Assembly: GCA_002189035.1 (NCBI GenBank)
Contig: NEEC01000357.1
Location: forward strand, 1-39,739
Origin: Utricularia gibba
Taxonomy: Eukaryota; Plantae; Magnoliophyta
Length of the DNA stretch: 39,739 bases
Reading direction: 5' to 3'
The translations under genes were made by a program, and so were the position numbers. The notes under the pieces were generated by a model that ran no database searches, was not told where the DNA came from, and saw nothing but the letters and a program-made list of their open reading frames with translations. The first letter of the stretch is position 1; the number at the start of each line of letters is the position of its first letter. Below, piece after piece: positions 1-12,000 of the stretch.

Positions 1-3000
1 TTTCTCAAGGAAAAGCTTGTCGTTTTTGGGCGGGTGATGTCGTTGTGAACTTCGTTCTGACCCAAGGTTCGGTCTGACTCCTTTGCCACATCGGGTCCTA
101 CTCGACGAAAATCGTGATGCAGTTATTGAAGTTAGGATTCATGAGCACCCAAAATGGTTTTTCAACCGCATGCTTTATATTTGATAAGGCGCTCTCGTGG
201 GGCAACGGTATCGAGCAGGAGGTCGAGTCGAGCTCGGGCCCATAGTCATTTGTAGCCGGCAAAAAATTGATGCATTTATTAACGTTGGGTTTTAATAGGC
301 GCCTACATGTTTTTCTCAAGGAAAAGCTTGTCGTTTTTGGGCGGGTGATGTCGTTGTGAACTTCGTTCTGACCAAGGTTCGGTCTGACTCCTTTGCCACA
401 TCGGGTCCTACTCGACGAAAATCGTGATGCAGTTATTGAAGTTAGGATTCATGAGCACCCAAAATGTTTTCTCAACCGCATGCTTTATATTTGATAAGGC
501 GCTCTCGTGGGGCAACGGTATCGAGCAGGAGGTCGAGTCGAGCTCGGGCCCATAGTCATTTGTAGCTCGGCAAAAAAATTGATGCATTTATTAACGTTGG
601 GTTTAATAGGCTGCCTACATGTTTTCTCAAGGAAAAGCTTGTCGTTTTTGGGCGGGTGATGTCGTTGTGAACTTCGTTCTGACCCAAGGTTCGGTCTGAC
701 TCCTTTGCCACATCGGGTCCTACTCGACGAAAATCGTGATGCAGTTATTGAAGTTAGGATTCATGAGCACCCAAAATGGTTTTCTCAACCGCATGCTTTT
801 ATTTGATAAGGCGCTCTCGTGGGGCAACGGTATCGAGCAGGAGGTCGAGTCGAGCTCGGGCCCATAGTCATTTGTAGCCGGCAAAAAATTGATGCATTTA
901 TTAACGTTGGTTATTAGGCTGCCTACATAGTTTCTCAAGGAAAAGCTTGTCGTTTTGGGCGGGTGATGTCGTTGGGAACTTCGTTCGGACCCAAGGTTCT
1001 GTCTGACTCCTTTGCCACATCGGGTCCTACTCGACGAAAATCGTGATGCAGTTATTGAAGTTAGGATGTCATGAGCACCCAAAATGGTTTTCTCAACCGC
1101 ATGCTTTATATTTGAGGAGGCGCTCTCGTGGGGCAACGGTATCGAGCAGGAGGTCGAGTCGAGCTCGGCCCATAGTCATTTGTAGCTCGGCAAAAATTGA
1201 TGCATTTATTAACGTTGGGTTTTAATAGGCTGCCTACATGTTTTCTCAAGGAAAAGCTTGTCGTTTTGGGCGGGATGTCGTTGTGAACTTCGTTCTGACC
1301 CAAGGTTCGGTCTGACTCCTTTGCCACATCGGGTCCTACTCGACGAAAATCGTGATGCAGTTATTGAAGTTAGGATTCATGAGCACCCAAAATGGTTTTC
1401 TCAACCGCATGCTTTATATTTGATAAGGCGCTCTCGTGGGGCAACGGTATCGAGCAGGAGGTCGAGTCGAGCTCGGGCCCAGAGTCATTTGTAGCCCGGC
1501 AAAAAATTGATGCATTTATTAACGTTCGGTAATTAGGCTGCCTACATAGTTTCTCAAGGAAAAGCTTGTCGTTTCTGGCGGGTGATGTCGTTGGAACTTC
1601 GTTCGACCCAAGGTTCGTCTGACTCCTTTGCCACATCGGGTCCTACTCGACGAAAATCGTGATGCAGTTATTGAAGTTAGGATTCATGAGCACCCAAAAT
1701 GGTTTTCTCAACCGCATGCTTTATATTTGAGGAGGCGCTCTCGTGGGGCAACGGTATCGAGCAGGAGGTCGAGTCGAGCTCGGGCCCATAGTCATTTGTA
1801 GCTCGGCAAAAAACTTGATGCATTTATTAACGTTGGGTTTTAATAGGCTGCCTACATTTTTTCTCAAGGAAAAGCTTGTCGTTTTTGGGCGGGTGATGTC
1901 GTTGTGAACTTCGTTCTGACCCAAGGTTCGGTCTGACTCCTTTGCCACATCGGGTCCTACTCGACGAAAATCGTGATGCAGTTATTGAAGTTAGGATTCA
2001 TGAGCACCCAAAATGGTTTTCAACCGCATGCTTTATATTTGATAAGGTGCTCTCGTGGGGCAACGGTATCGAGTAGGAGGTCGAGTCGAGCTCGGGCCCA
2101 TAGTCATTTGTAGCCCGGCAAAAAATTGATGCATTTATTAACGTTGGTTTATTAGGCTGCCTACATGTTTTCTCAAGGAAAAGCTTGTCGTTTTGGGCGG
2201 GTGATGTCGTTGTGAACTTCGTTCTGACCCAAGGTTCGGTCTGACTCCTTTGCCACATCGGGTCCTACTCGACGAAAATCGTGATGCAGTTATTGAAGTT
2301 AGGATTTCATGAGCACCCAAAATGGTTTTCTCAACCGCATGCTTTATATTTGAGGAGGCGCTCTCGTGGGGCAACGGTATCGAGTAGGAGGTCGAGTCGA
2401 GCTCGGGCCCATAGTCATTTGTAGCTCGGCAAAAAATTGATGCATTTATTAACGTTGGTTTTAATAGGCTGCCTACATGTTTTCTCAAGGAAAAGCTTGT
2501 CGTTTTGGGCGGGTGATGTCGTTGGAACTTCGTTCTGACCCAGGTTCGGTCTGACTCCTTTGCCACATCGGGTCCTACTCGACGAAAATCGTGATGCAGT
2601 TATTGAAGTTAGGATCATGAGCACCCAAAATGGTTTTCTCAACCGCATGCTTTATATTTGATAAGGCGCTCGTGGGGCAACGGTATCGAGCAGGAGGTCG
2701 AGTCGAGCTCGGCCCATAGTCATTTGTAGCTCGGCAAAAAATTGATGCATTTATTAACGTTGGTTTTAATAGGCTGCCTACATGTTTCTCAAGGAAAAGC
2801 TTGTCGTTTTGGGCGGGTGATGTCGTTGGGAACTTCGTTCTGACCAAGGTTCGTCTGACTCCTTTGCCACATCGGGTCCTACTCGACGAAAATCGTGATG
2901 CAGTTATTGAAGTTAGGATTCATGAGCACCCAAAATGGTTTTCTCAACCGCATGCTTTATATTTGATAGGCGCTCTCGTGGGGCAACGGTATCGAGCAGG

Positions 3001-6000
3001 AGGTCGAGTCGAGCTCGGGCCCAGAGTCATTTGTAGCCCGGCAAAAAATTGATGCATTTATTAACGTTGGTTATTAGGCTGCCTACATAGTTTCTCAAGG
3101 AAAAGCTTGTCGTTTCTGGCGGGTGATGTCGTTGGGAACTTCGTTCGACCCAAGGTTCGTCTGACTCCTTTGCCACATCGGGTCCTACTCGACGAAAATC
3201 GTGATGCAGTTATTGAAGTTAGGATTCATGAGCACCCAAAATGGTTTTCTCAACCGCATGCTTTATATTTGACTCTCGTGGGGCAACGGTATCGAGCAGG
3301 AGGTCGAGTCGAGCTCGGGCCCATAGTCATTTGTAGCTCGGCAAAAAATGATGCATTTATTAACGTTGGGTTTTAATAGGCCTACATGTTTTCTCAAGGA
3401 AAAGCTTGTCGTTTTTGGGCGGGTGATGTCGTTGTGAACTTCGTTCTGACCCAAGGTTCGGTCTGACTCCTTTGCCACATCGGGTCCTACTCGACGAAAA
3501 TCGTGATGCAGTTATTGAAGTTAGGATTCATGAGCACCCAAAATGGTTTTCTCAACCGCATGCTTTATATTTGATAAGGCGCTCTCGTGGGGCAACGGTA
3601 TCGAGCAGGAGGTCGAGTCGAGCTCGGGCCCATAGTCATTTGTAGCTCGGCAAAAAATTGATGCATTTATTAACGTTTTATTAGGCTGCCTACATGTTTT
3701 CTCAAGGAAAAGCTTGTCGTTTTGGCGGGTGATGTCGTTGGAACTTCGTTCGACCCAAGGTTCGTCTGACTCCTTTGCCACATCGGGTCCTACTCGACGA
3801 AAATCGTGATGCAGTTATTGAAGTTAGGATTCATGAGCACCCAAAATGGTTTTCTCAACCGCATGCTTTATATTTGAGGAGGCGCTCTCGTGGGGCAACG
3901 GTATCGAGCAGGAGGTCGAGTCGAGCTCGGGCCCATAGTCATTTGTAGCTCGGCAAAAAATTGATGCATTTATTAACGTTGGGTTTTAATAGGCTGCCTA
4001 CATGTTTTCTCAAGGAAAAGCTTGTCGTTTTTGGGCGGGATGTCGTTGTGAACTTCGTTCTGACCCAAGGTTCGGTCTGACTCCTTTGCCACATCGGTCC
4101 TACTCGACGAAAATCGTGATGCAGTTATTGAAGTTAGGATTCATGAGCACCCAAAATGGTTTTCTCAACCGCATGCTTTATATTTGATAGGCGCTCTCGT
4201 GGGGCAACGGTATCGAGCAGGAGGTCGAGTCGAGCTCGGGCCAGAGTCATTTGTAGCCCGGCAAAAAATTGATGCATTTATTAACGTTCATTAGGCCTAC
4301 ATGTTTCTCAAGGAAAAGCTTGTCGTTTCTGGCGGGTGATGTCGTTGGAACTTCGTTCGGGTTCGTCTGACTCCTTTGCCACATCGGTCCTACTCGACGA
4401 AACGTGATGCAGTTATTGAAGTTAGGATTCATGAGCACCCAAAATGGTTTTCTCAACCGCATGCTTTATATTTGAGGAGGCGCTCTCGTGGGGCAACGGT
4501 ATCGAGCAGGAGGTCGAGTCGAGCTCGGGCCCATAGTCATTTGTAGCTCGGCAAAAAACTTGATGCATTTATTAACGTTGGTTTTAATAGGCTGCCTACA
4601 TTGTTTTCTCAAGGAAAAGCTTGTCGTTTTTGGGCGGGTGATGTCGTTGTGAACTTCGTTCTGACCCAAGGTTCGGTCTGACTCCTTTGCCACATCGGGT
4701 CCTACTCGACGAAAATCGTGATGCAGTTATTGAAGTTAGGATTCATGAGCACCCAAAATGGTTTTCTCAACCGCATGCTTTATATTTGATAAGGCGCTCT
4801 CGTGGGGCAACGGTATCGAGCAGGAGGTCGAGTCGAGCTCGGGCCCATAGTCATTTGTAGCCGGCAAAAAATTGATGCATTTATTAACGTTGGTAATAGG
4901 CTGCCTACATGGTTTCTCAAGGAAAAGCTTGTCGTTTTGGCGGGTGATGTCGTTGGGAACTTCGTTCTGACCCAAGGTTCGTCTGACTCCTTTGCCACAT
5001 CGGGTCCTACTCGACGAAAATCGTGATGCAGTTATTGAAGTTAGGATTCATGAGCACCCAAAATGGTTTTCTCAACGCATGCTTTATATTTGAGGAGGCG
5101 CTCTCGTGGGGCAACGGTATCGAGCAGGAGGTCGAGTCGAGCTCGGCCCATAGTCATTTGTAGCTCGGCAAAAAACTTGATGCATTTATTAACGTTGGGT
5201 TTTAATAGGCTGCCTACATGTTTCTCAAGGAAAAGCTTGTCGTTTTTGGGCGGGTGATGTCGTTGTGAACTTCGTTCTGACCCAGGTTCGGTCTGACTCC
5301 TTTGCCACATCGGGTCCTACTCGACGAAAATCGTGATGCAGTTATTGAAGTTAGGATTTCATGAGCACCCAAAATGGTTTTCTCAACCGCATGCTTTATA
5401 TTTGATAAGGTGCTCTCGTGGGGCAACGGTATCGAGCAGGAGGTCGAGTCGAGCTCGGGCCCATAGTCATTTGTAGCTCGGCAAAAAATTGATGCATTTA
5501 TTAACGTTGGTTTAGGCTGCCTACATGTTTCTCAAGGAAAAGCTTGTCGTTTCTGGGCGGGTGATGTCGTTGGGAACTTCGTTCTGACCAAGGTTCGGTC
5601 TGACTCCTTTGCCACATCGGGTCCTACTCGACGAAAATCGTGATGCAGTTATTGAAGTTAGGATTCATGAGCACCCAAAATGGTTTTCTCAACGCATGCT
5701 TTATATTTGAGGAGGCGCTCTCGTGGGGCAACGGTATCGAGCAGGAGGTCGAGTCGAGCTCGGGCCCAGAGTCATTTGTAGCCCCAAAAATTGATGCATT
5801 TATTAACGTTCGGCTTATTAGGCTGCCTACATAGTTTCTCAAGGAAAAGCTTGTCGTTTCTGGGCGGGTGATGTCGTTGGAACTTCGTTCTCCCAAGGTT
5901 CGTCTGACTCCTTTGCCACATCGGGTCCTACTCGACGAAAATCGTGATGCAGTTATTGAAGTTAGGATTCATGAGCACCCAAAATGGTTTTCTCAACCGC

Positions 6001-9000
6001 ATGCTTTATATTTGATAGGCGCTCTCGTGGGGCAACGGTATCGAGCAGGAGGTCGAGTCGAGCTCGGGCCCATAGTCATTTGTAGCTCGGCAAAAAACTT
6101 GATGCATTTATTAACGTTGGTTTTAATAGGCTGCCTACATGGTTTCTCAAGGAAAAGCTTGTCGTTTTTGGGCGGGTGATGTCGTTGTGAACTTCGTTCT
6201 GACCCAAGGTTCGGTCTGACTCCTTTGCCACATCGGTCCTACTCGACGAAAATCGTGATGCAGTTATTGAAGTTAGGATTCATGAGCACCCAAAATGGTT
6301 TTCTCAACCGCATGCTTTATATTTGAGGAGGCGCTCTCGTGGGGCAACGGTATCGAGCAGGAGGTCGAGTCGAGCTCGGGCCCATAGTCATTTGTAGCTC
6401 GGCAAAAAACTTGATGCATTTTAACGTTGGTTTTAATAGGCTGCCTAATGGTTTTCAAGGAAAAGCTTGTCGTTTTGGGCGGGTGATGTCGTTGTGAACT
6501 TCGTTCTGACCCAAGGTTCGGTCTGACTCCTTTGCCACATCGGTCCTACTCGACGAAAATCGTGATGCAGTTATTGAAGTTAGGATTTCATGAGCACCCA
6601 AAATGGTTTTCTCAACCGCATGCTTTATATTTGATAGGCGCTCTTGGGGCAACGGTATCGAGCAGGAGGTCGAGTCGAGCTCGGGCCCAGAGTCATTTGT
6701 AGCCGGCAAAAAATTGATGCATTTATTAACGTTGGTTTTAATAGGCTGCCTACATGGTTTCTCAAGGAAAAGCTTGTCGTTTTGGGCGGGTGATGTCGTT
6801 GGAACTTCGTTCTGACCAAGGTTCGGTCTGACTCCTTTGCCACATCGGGTCCTACTCGACGAAAATCGTGATGCAGTTATTGAAGTTAGGATTTCATGAG
6901 CACCCAAAATGGTTTTCTCAACCGCATGCTTTATATTTGATAAGGCGCTCTCGTGGGGCAACGGTATCGAGCAGGAGGTCGAGTCGAGCTCGGGCCCATA
7001 GTCATTTGTAGCTCGGCAAAAAACTTGATGCATTTTTAACGTTTGGTTTTAATAGGCTGCCTACATGGTTTTCTCAAGGAAAAGCTTGTCGTTTTTGGGC
7101 GGGTGATGTCGTTGTGAACTTCGTTCTGACCAAGGTTCGGTCTGACTCCTTTGCCACATCGGGTCCTACTCGACGAAAATCGTGATGCAGTTATTGAAGT
7201 TAGGATTCATGAGCACCCAAAATGGTTTTCTCAACCGCATGCTTTATATTTGAGGAGGCGCTCTCGTGGGGCAACGGTATCGAGCAGGGTCGAGTCGAGC
7301 TCGGGCCCAGAGTCATTTGTAGCTCAAAAAATTGATGCATTTATTAACGTTGGTTTTAATAGGCTGCCTACATGTTTCTCAAGGAAAAGCTTGTCGTTTC
7401 TGGCGGGTGATGTCGTTGGGAACTTCGTTCTGACCCAAGGTTCGGTCTGACTCCTTTGCCACATCGGGTCCTACTCGACGAAAATCGTGATGCAGTTATT
7501 GAAGTTAGGATTCATGAGCACCCAAAATGGTTTTCTCAACCGCATGCTTTATATTTGAGGAGGCGCTCTCGTGGGGCAACGGTATCGAGCAGGAGGTCGA
7601 GTCGAGCTCGGGCCCATAGTCATTTGTAGCTCGGCAAAAAACTTGATGCATTTATTAACGTTGGTTTTAATAGGCTGCCTACATGGTTTCTCAAGGAAAA
7701 GCTTGTCGTTTTTGGGCGGGTGATGTCGTTGTGAACTTCGTTCTGACCAAGGTTCGGTCTGACTCCTTTGCCACATCGGGTCCTACTCGACGAAAATCGT
7801 GATGCAGTTATTGAAGTTAGGATTCATGAGCACCCAAAATGGTTTTCTCAACCGCATGCTTTATATTTGATAAGGCGCTCTCGTGGGGCAACGGTATCGA
7901 GCAGGAGGTCGAGTCGAGCTCGGCCCAGAGTCATTTGTAGCCCGGCAAAAAAATTGATGCATTTATTAACGTTGGTTATTAGGCTGCCTACATAGTTTCT
8001 CAAGGAAAAGCTTGTCGTTTCTGGGCGGGTGATGTCGTTGGAACTTCGTTCTGACCCAAGGTTCGGTCTGACTCCTTTGCCACATCGGGTCCTACTCGAC
8101 GAAAATCGTGATGCAGTTATTGAAGTTAGGATTCATGAGCACCCAAAATGGTTTTCTCAACCGCATGCTTTATATTTGATAAGGCGCTCTCGTGGGGCAA
8201 CGGTATCGAGCAGGAGGTCGAGTCGAGCTCGGGCCCATAGTCATTTGTAGCTCGGCAAAAAACTTGATGCATTTATTAACGTTGGTTTTAATAGGCTGCC
8301 TACATGGTTTCTCAAGGAAAAGCTTGTCGTTTTTGGGCGGGTGATGTCGTTGTGAACTTCGTTCTGACCAGGTTCGGTCTGACTCCTTTGCCACATCGGG
8401 TCCTACTCGACGAAAATCGTGATGCAGTTATTGAAGTTAGGATTCATGAGCACCCAAAATGGTTTTCTCAACCGCATGCTTTATATTTGATAGGCGCTCT
8501 CGTGGGGCAACGGTATCGAGCAGGAGGTCGAGTCGAGCTCGGGCCCAGAGTCATTTGTAGCCCGGCAAAAAATTGATGCATTTATTAACGTTGGTTAATA
8601 GGCTGCCTACATGTTTCTCAAGGAAAAGCTTGTCGTTTCTGGCGGGTGATGTCGTTGGGAACTTCGTTCTGACCCAAGGTTCGGTCTGACTCCTTTGCCA
8701 CATCGGGTCCTACTCGACGAAAATCGTGATGCAGTTATTGAAGTTAGGATTCATGAGCACCCAAAATGGTTTTCTCAACCGCATGCTTTATATTTGATAG
8801 GCGCTCTCGTGGGGCAACGGTATCGAGCAGGAGTCGAGTCTCGGGCCCATAGTCATTTGTAGCTCGGCAAAAAACTTGATGCATTTATTAACGTTGGTTT
8901 TTAATAGGCTGCCTACATGGTTTCTCAAGGAAAAGCTTGTCGTTTTGGGCGGGTGATGTCGTTGTGAACTTCGTTCTGACCAAGGTTCGGTCTGTCTCCT

Positions 9001-12000
9001 TTGCCACATCGGTCCTACTCGACGAAAATCGTGATGCAGTTATTGAAGTTAGGATTTCATGAGCACCCAAAATGGTTTTCTCAACCGCATGCTTTATATT
9101 TGAGGAGGCGCTCTCGTGGGGCAACGGTATCGAGCAGGAGGTCGAGTCGAGCTCGGGCCATAGTCATTTGTAGCCGGCAAAAAATTGATGCATTTATTAA
9201 CGTTGGTTTTTAATAGGCTGCCTACATGGTTTCTCAAGGAAAAGCTTGTCGTTTTTGGGCGGGTGATGTCGTTGGAACTTCGTTCTGACCAAGGTTCGGT
9301 CTGACTCCTTTGCCACATCGGGTCCTACTCGACGAAAATCGTGATGCAGTTATTGAAGTTAGGATTCATGAGCACCCAAAATGGTTTTCTCAACCGCATG
9401 CTTTATATTTGATAGGCGCTCTCGTGGGGCAACGGTATCGAGCAGGAGGTCGAGTCGAGCTCGGGCCCATAGTCATTTGTAGCTCGGCAAAAAATTGATG
9501 CATTTATTAACGGTTGGTTTTAATAGGCTGCCTAAATGGTTTTCTCAAGGAAAAGCTTGTCGTTTTTGGGCGGGTGATGTCGTTGTGAACTTCGTTCTGA
9601 CCCAAGGTTCGGTCTGTCCTTTGCCACATCGGTCCTACTCGACGAAAATCGTGATGCAGTTATTGAAGTTAGGATTTCATGAGCACCCAAAATGGTTTTC
9701 TCAACCGCATGCTTTATATTTGATAAGGCTCTCGTGGGGCAACGGTATCGAGCAGGAGGTCGAGTCGAGCTCGGGCCCAGAGTCATTTGTAGCCCGAAAA
9801 AATTGATGCATTTATTAACGTTGGTTTTAGGCTGCCTACATAGTTTCTCAAGGAAAAGCTTGTCGTTTCTGGGGGTGATGTCGTTGGAACTTCGTTCTGA
9901 CCAAGGTTCGTCTGACTCCTTTGCCACATCGGGTCCTACTCGACGAAAATCGTGATGCAGTTATTGAAGTTAGGATTCATGAGCACCCAAAATGGTTTTC
10001 TCAACCGCATGCTTTATATTTGATAGGCGCTCTCGTGGGGCAACGGTATCGAGCAGGAGGTCGAGTCGAGCTCGGGCCCATAGTCATTTGTAGCTCGGCA
10101 AAAAACTTGATGCATTTATTAACGTTGGTTTTAATAGGCTGCCTAATGGTTTTCTCAAGGAAAAGCTTGTCGTTTTTGGGCGGTGATGTCGTTGTGAACT
10201 TCGTTCTGACCCAAGGTTCGGTCTGACTCCTTTGCCACATCGGTCCTACTCGACGAAAATCGTGATGCAGTTATTGAAGTTAGGATTTCATGAGCACCCA
10301 AAATGGTTTTCAACCGCATGCTTATTTGAGGAGGCGCTCTCGTGGGGCAACGGTATCGAGCAAAGGTCGAGTCGAGCTCCCCATAGTCATTTGTAGCTCG
10401 GCAAAAAAATTGATGCATTTATTAACGTTGGTTTTAATAGGCTGCCTACATGGTTTCTCAAGGAAAAGCTTGTCGTTTTTGGGCGGTGATGTCTTTGGAA
10501 CTTCGTTCTGACCAAGGTTCGGTCTGACTCCTTTGCCACATCGGGTCCTACTCGACGAAAATCGTGATGCAGTTATTGAAGTTAGGATTCATGAGCACCC
10601 AAAATGGTTTTCTCAACCGCATGCTTTATATTTGATAAGGCGCTCTCGTGGGGCAACGGTATCGAGCAGGAGGTCGAGTCGAGCTCGGGCCCAGAGTCAT
10701 TTGTAGCCGGCAAAAAATTGATGCATTTATTAACGTTCATTAGGCTGCCTACATGTTTCTCAAGGAAAAGCTTGTCGTTTCTGGCGGGTGATGTCGTTGG
10801 GAACTTCGTTCTGACCCAAGGTTCGGTCTGACTCCTTTGCCACATCGGGTCCTACTCGACGAAAATCGTGATGCAGTTATTGAAGTTAGGATTCATGAGC
10901 ACCCAAAATGGTTTTCTCAACCGCATGCTTTATATTTGAGGAGGCGCTCTCGTGGGGCAACGGTATCGAGCAGGAGGTCGAGTCGAGCTCGGGCCCATAG
11001 TCATTTGTAGCTCGGCAAAAAACTTGATGCATTTATTAACGTTGGGTTTTAATAGGCTGCCTACATGTTTTCTCAAGGAAAAGCTTGTCGTTTTTGGGCG
11101 GGTGATGTCGTTGTGAACTTCGTTCTGACCCAAGGTTCGGTCTGACTCCTTTGCCACATCGGGTCCTACTCGACGAAAATCGTGATGCAGTTATTGAAGT
11201 TAGGATTTCATGAGCACCCAAAATGGTTTTCTCAACCGCATGCTTTATATTTGATAAGGCGCTCTCGTGGGGCAACGGTATCGAGCAGGAGGTCGAGTCG
11301 AGCTCGGGCCCATAGTCATTTGTAGCTCGGCAAAAAACTTGATGCATTTATTAACGTTGGTTTAATAGGCTGCCTATTTCTCAAGGAAAAGCTTGTCGTT
11401 TTTGGGCGGGTGATGTCGTTGGAACTTCGTTGACCAAGGTTCGGTCTGACTCCTTTGCCACATCGGGTCCTACTCGACGAAAATCGTGATGCAGTTATTG
11501 AAGTTAGGATTCATGAGCACCCAAAATGGTTTTCTCAACCGCATGCTTTATATTTGAGGAGGCGCTCTCGTGGGGCAACGGTATCGAGCAGGAGGTCGAG
11601 TCGAGCTCGGGCCCATAGTCATTTGTAGCCCGGCAAAAATTGATGCATTTATTAACGTTGGTTAATAGGCTGCCTACATGTTTCTCAAGGAAAAGCTTGT
11701 CGTTTTGGGCGGGTGATGTCGTTGGGAACTTCGTTCTGACCCAAGGTTCGGTCTGACTCCTTTGCCACATCGGGTCCTACTCGACGAAAATCGTGATGCA
11801 GTTATTGAAGTTAGGATTCATGAGCACCCAAAATGGTTTTCTCAACCGCATGCTTTATATTTGATAGGCGCTCTCTGTGGGCAACGGTATCGAGCAGGAG
11901 GTCGAGTCGAGCTCGGGCCCATAGTCATTTGTAGCTCGGCAAAAAATTGATGCATTTATTAACGTTGGTTTTAATAGGCTGCCTACATGGTTTCTCAAGG

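Noticed and set aside
27-81. tRNA or Pol III-like A and B boxes (TGGGCGGGTGA ... GGTTCGGTC)
   Set aside because: The B box lacks the conserved A of GTTCRA, the A box is a poor match, and I could not fold a cloverleaf.
131-137. Telomere-like TTAGG and TTAGGC motifs
   Set aside because: Single isolated copies per monomer, never tandem.
1-311. Apparent excess of 6-bp palindromes (seven per monomer) and small dyads such as CGAGCTCG and TTTTC-N5-GAAAA
   Set aside because: About five are expected by chance in 311 bp, and I found no long hairpin or cruciform.
666-690. CENP-B box-like sequence (CTTCGTTCTGAC here; TCGTTGGAA in variant monomers)
   Set aside because: The essential CGGG half of NTTCGNNNNANNCGGGN is missing on both strands; at best 5 of 9 essential positions match. 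The GTTGGAAC form may itself be a deletion artefact.
958-990. GGGCGGGTGATGTCGTTGGGAACTTCGT resembles the 3' box C region of plant 5S rRNA as I recall it; 5S rDNA units can be of similar size
   Set aside because: Only about 30 nt of gapped similarity. No box A or 5' half at the right spacing and no conserved 120-nt gene. An Rfam RF00001 cmsearch would settle it.
3257-4460. Larger local deletions (TTTGACTCTCG near 3270; TTCGGGTTCG near 4357; also GATGTCAAC near 13555)
   Set aside because: Singletons in the deletion-rich domain, centred on polymorphic columns; more likely consensus errors than biology.
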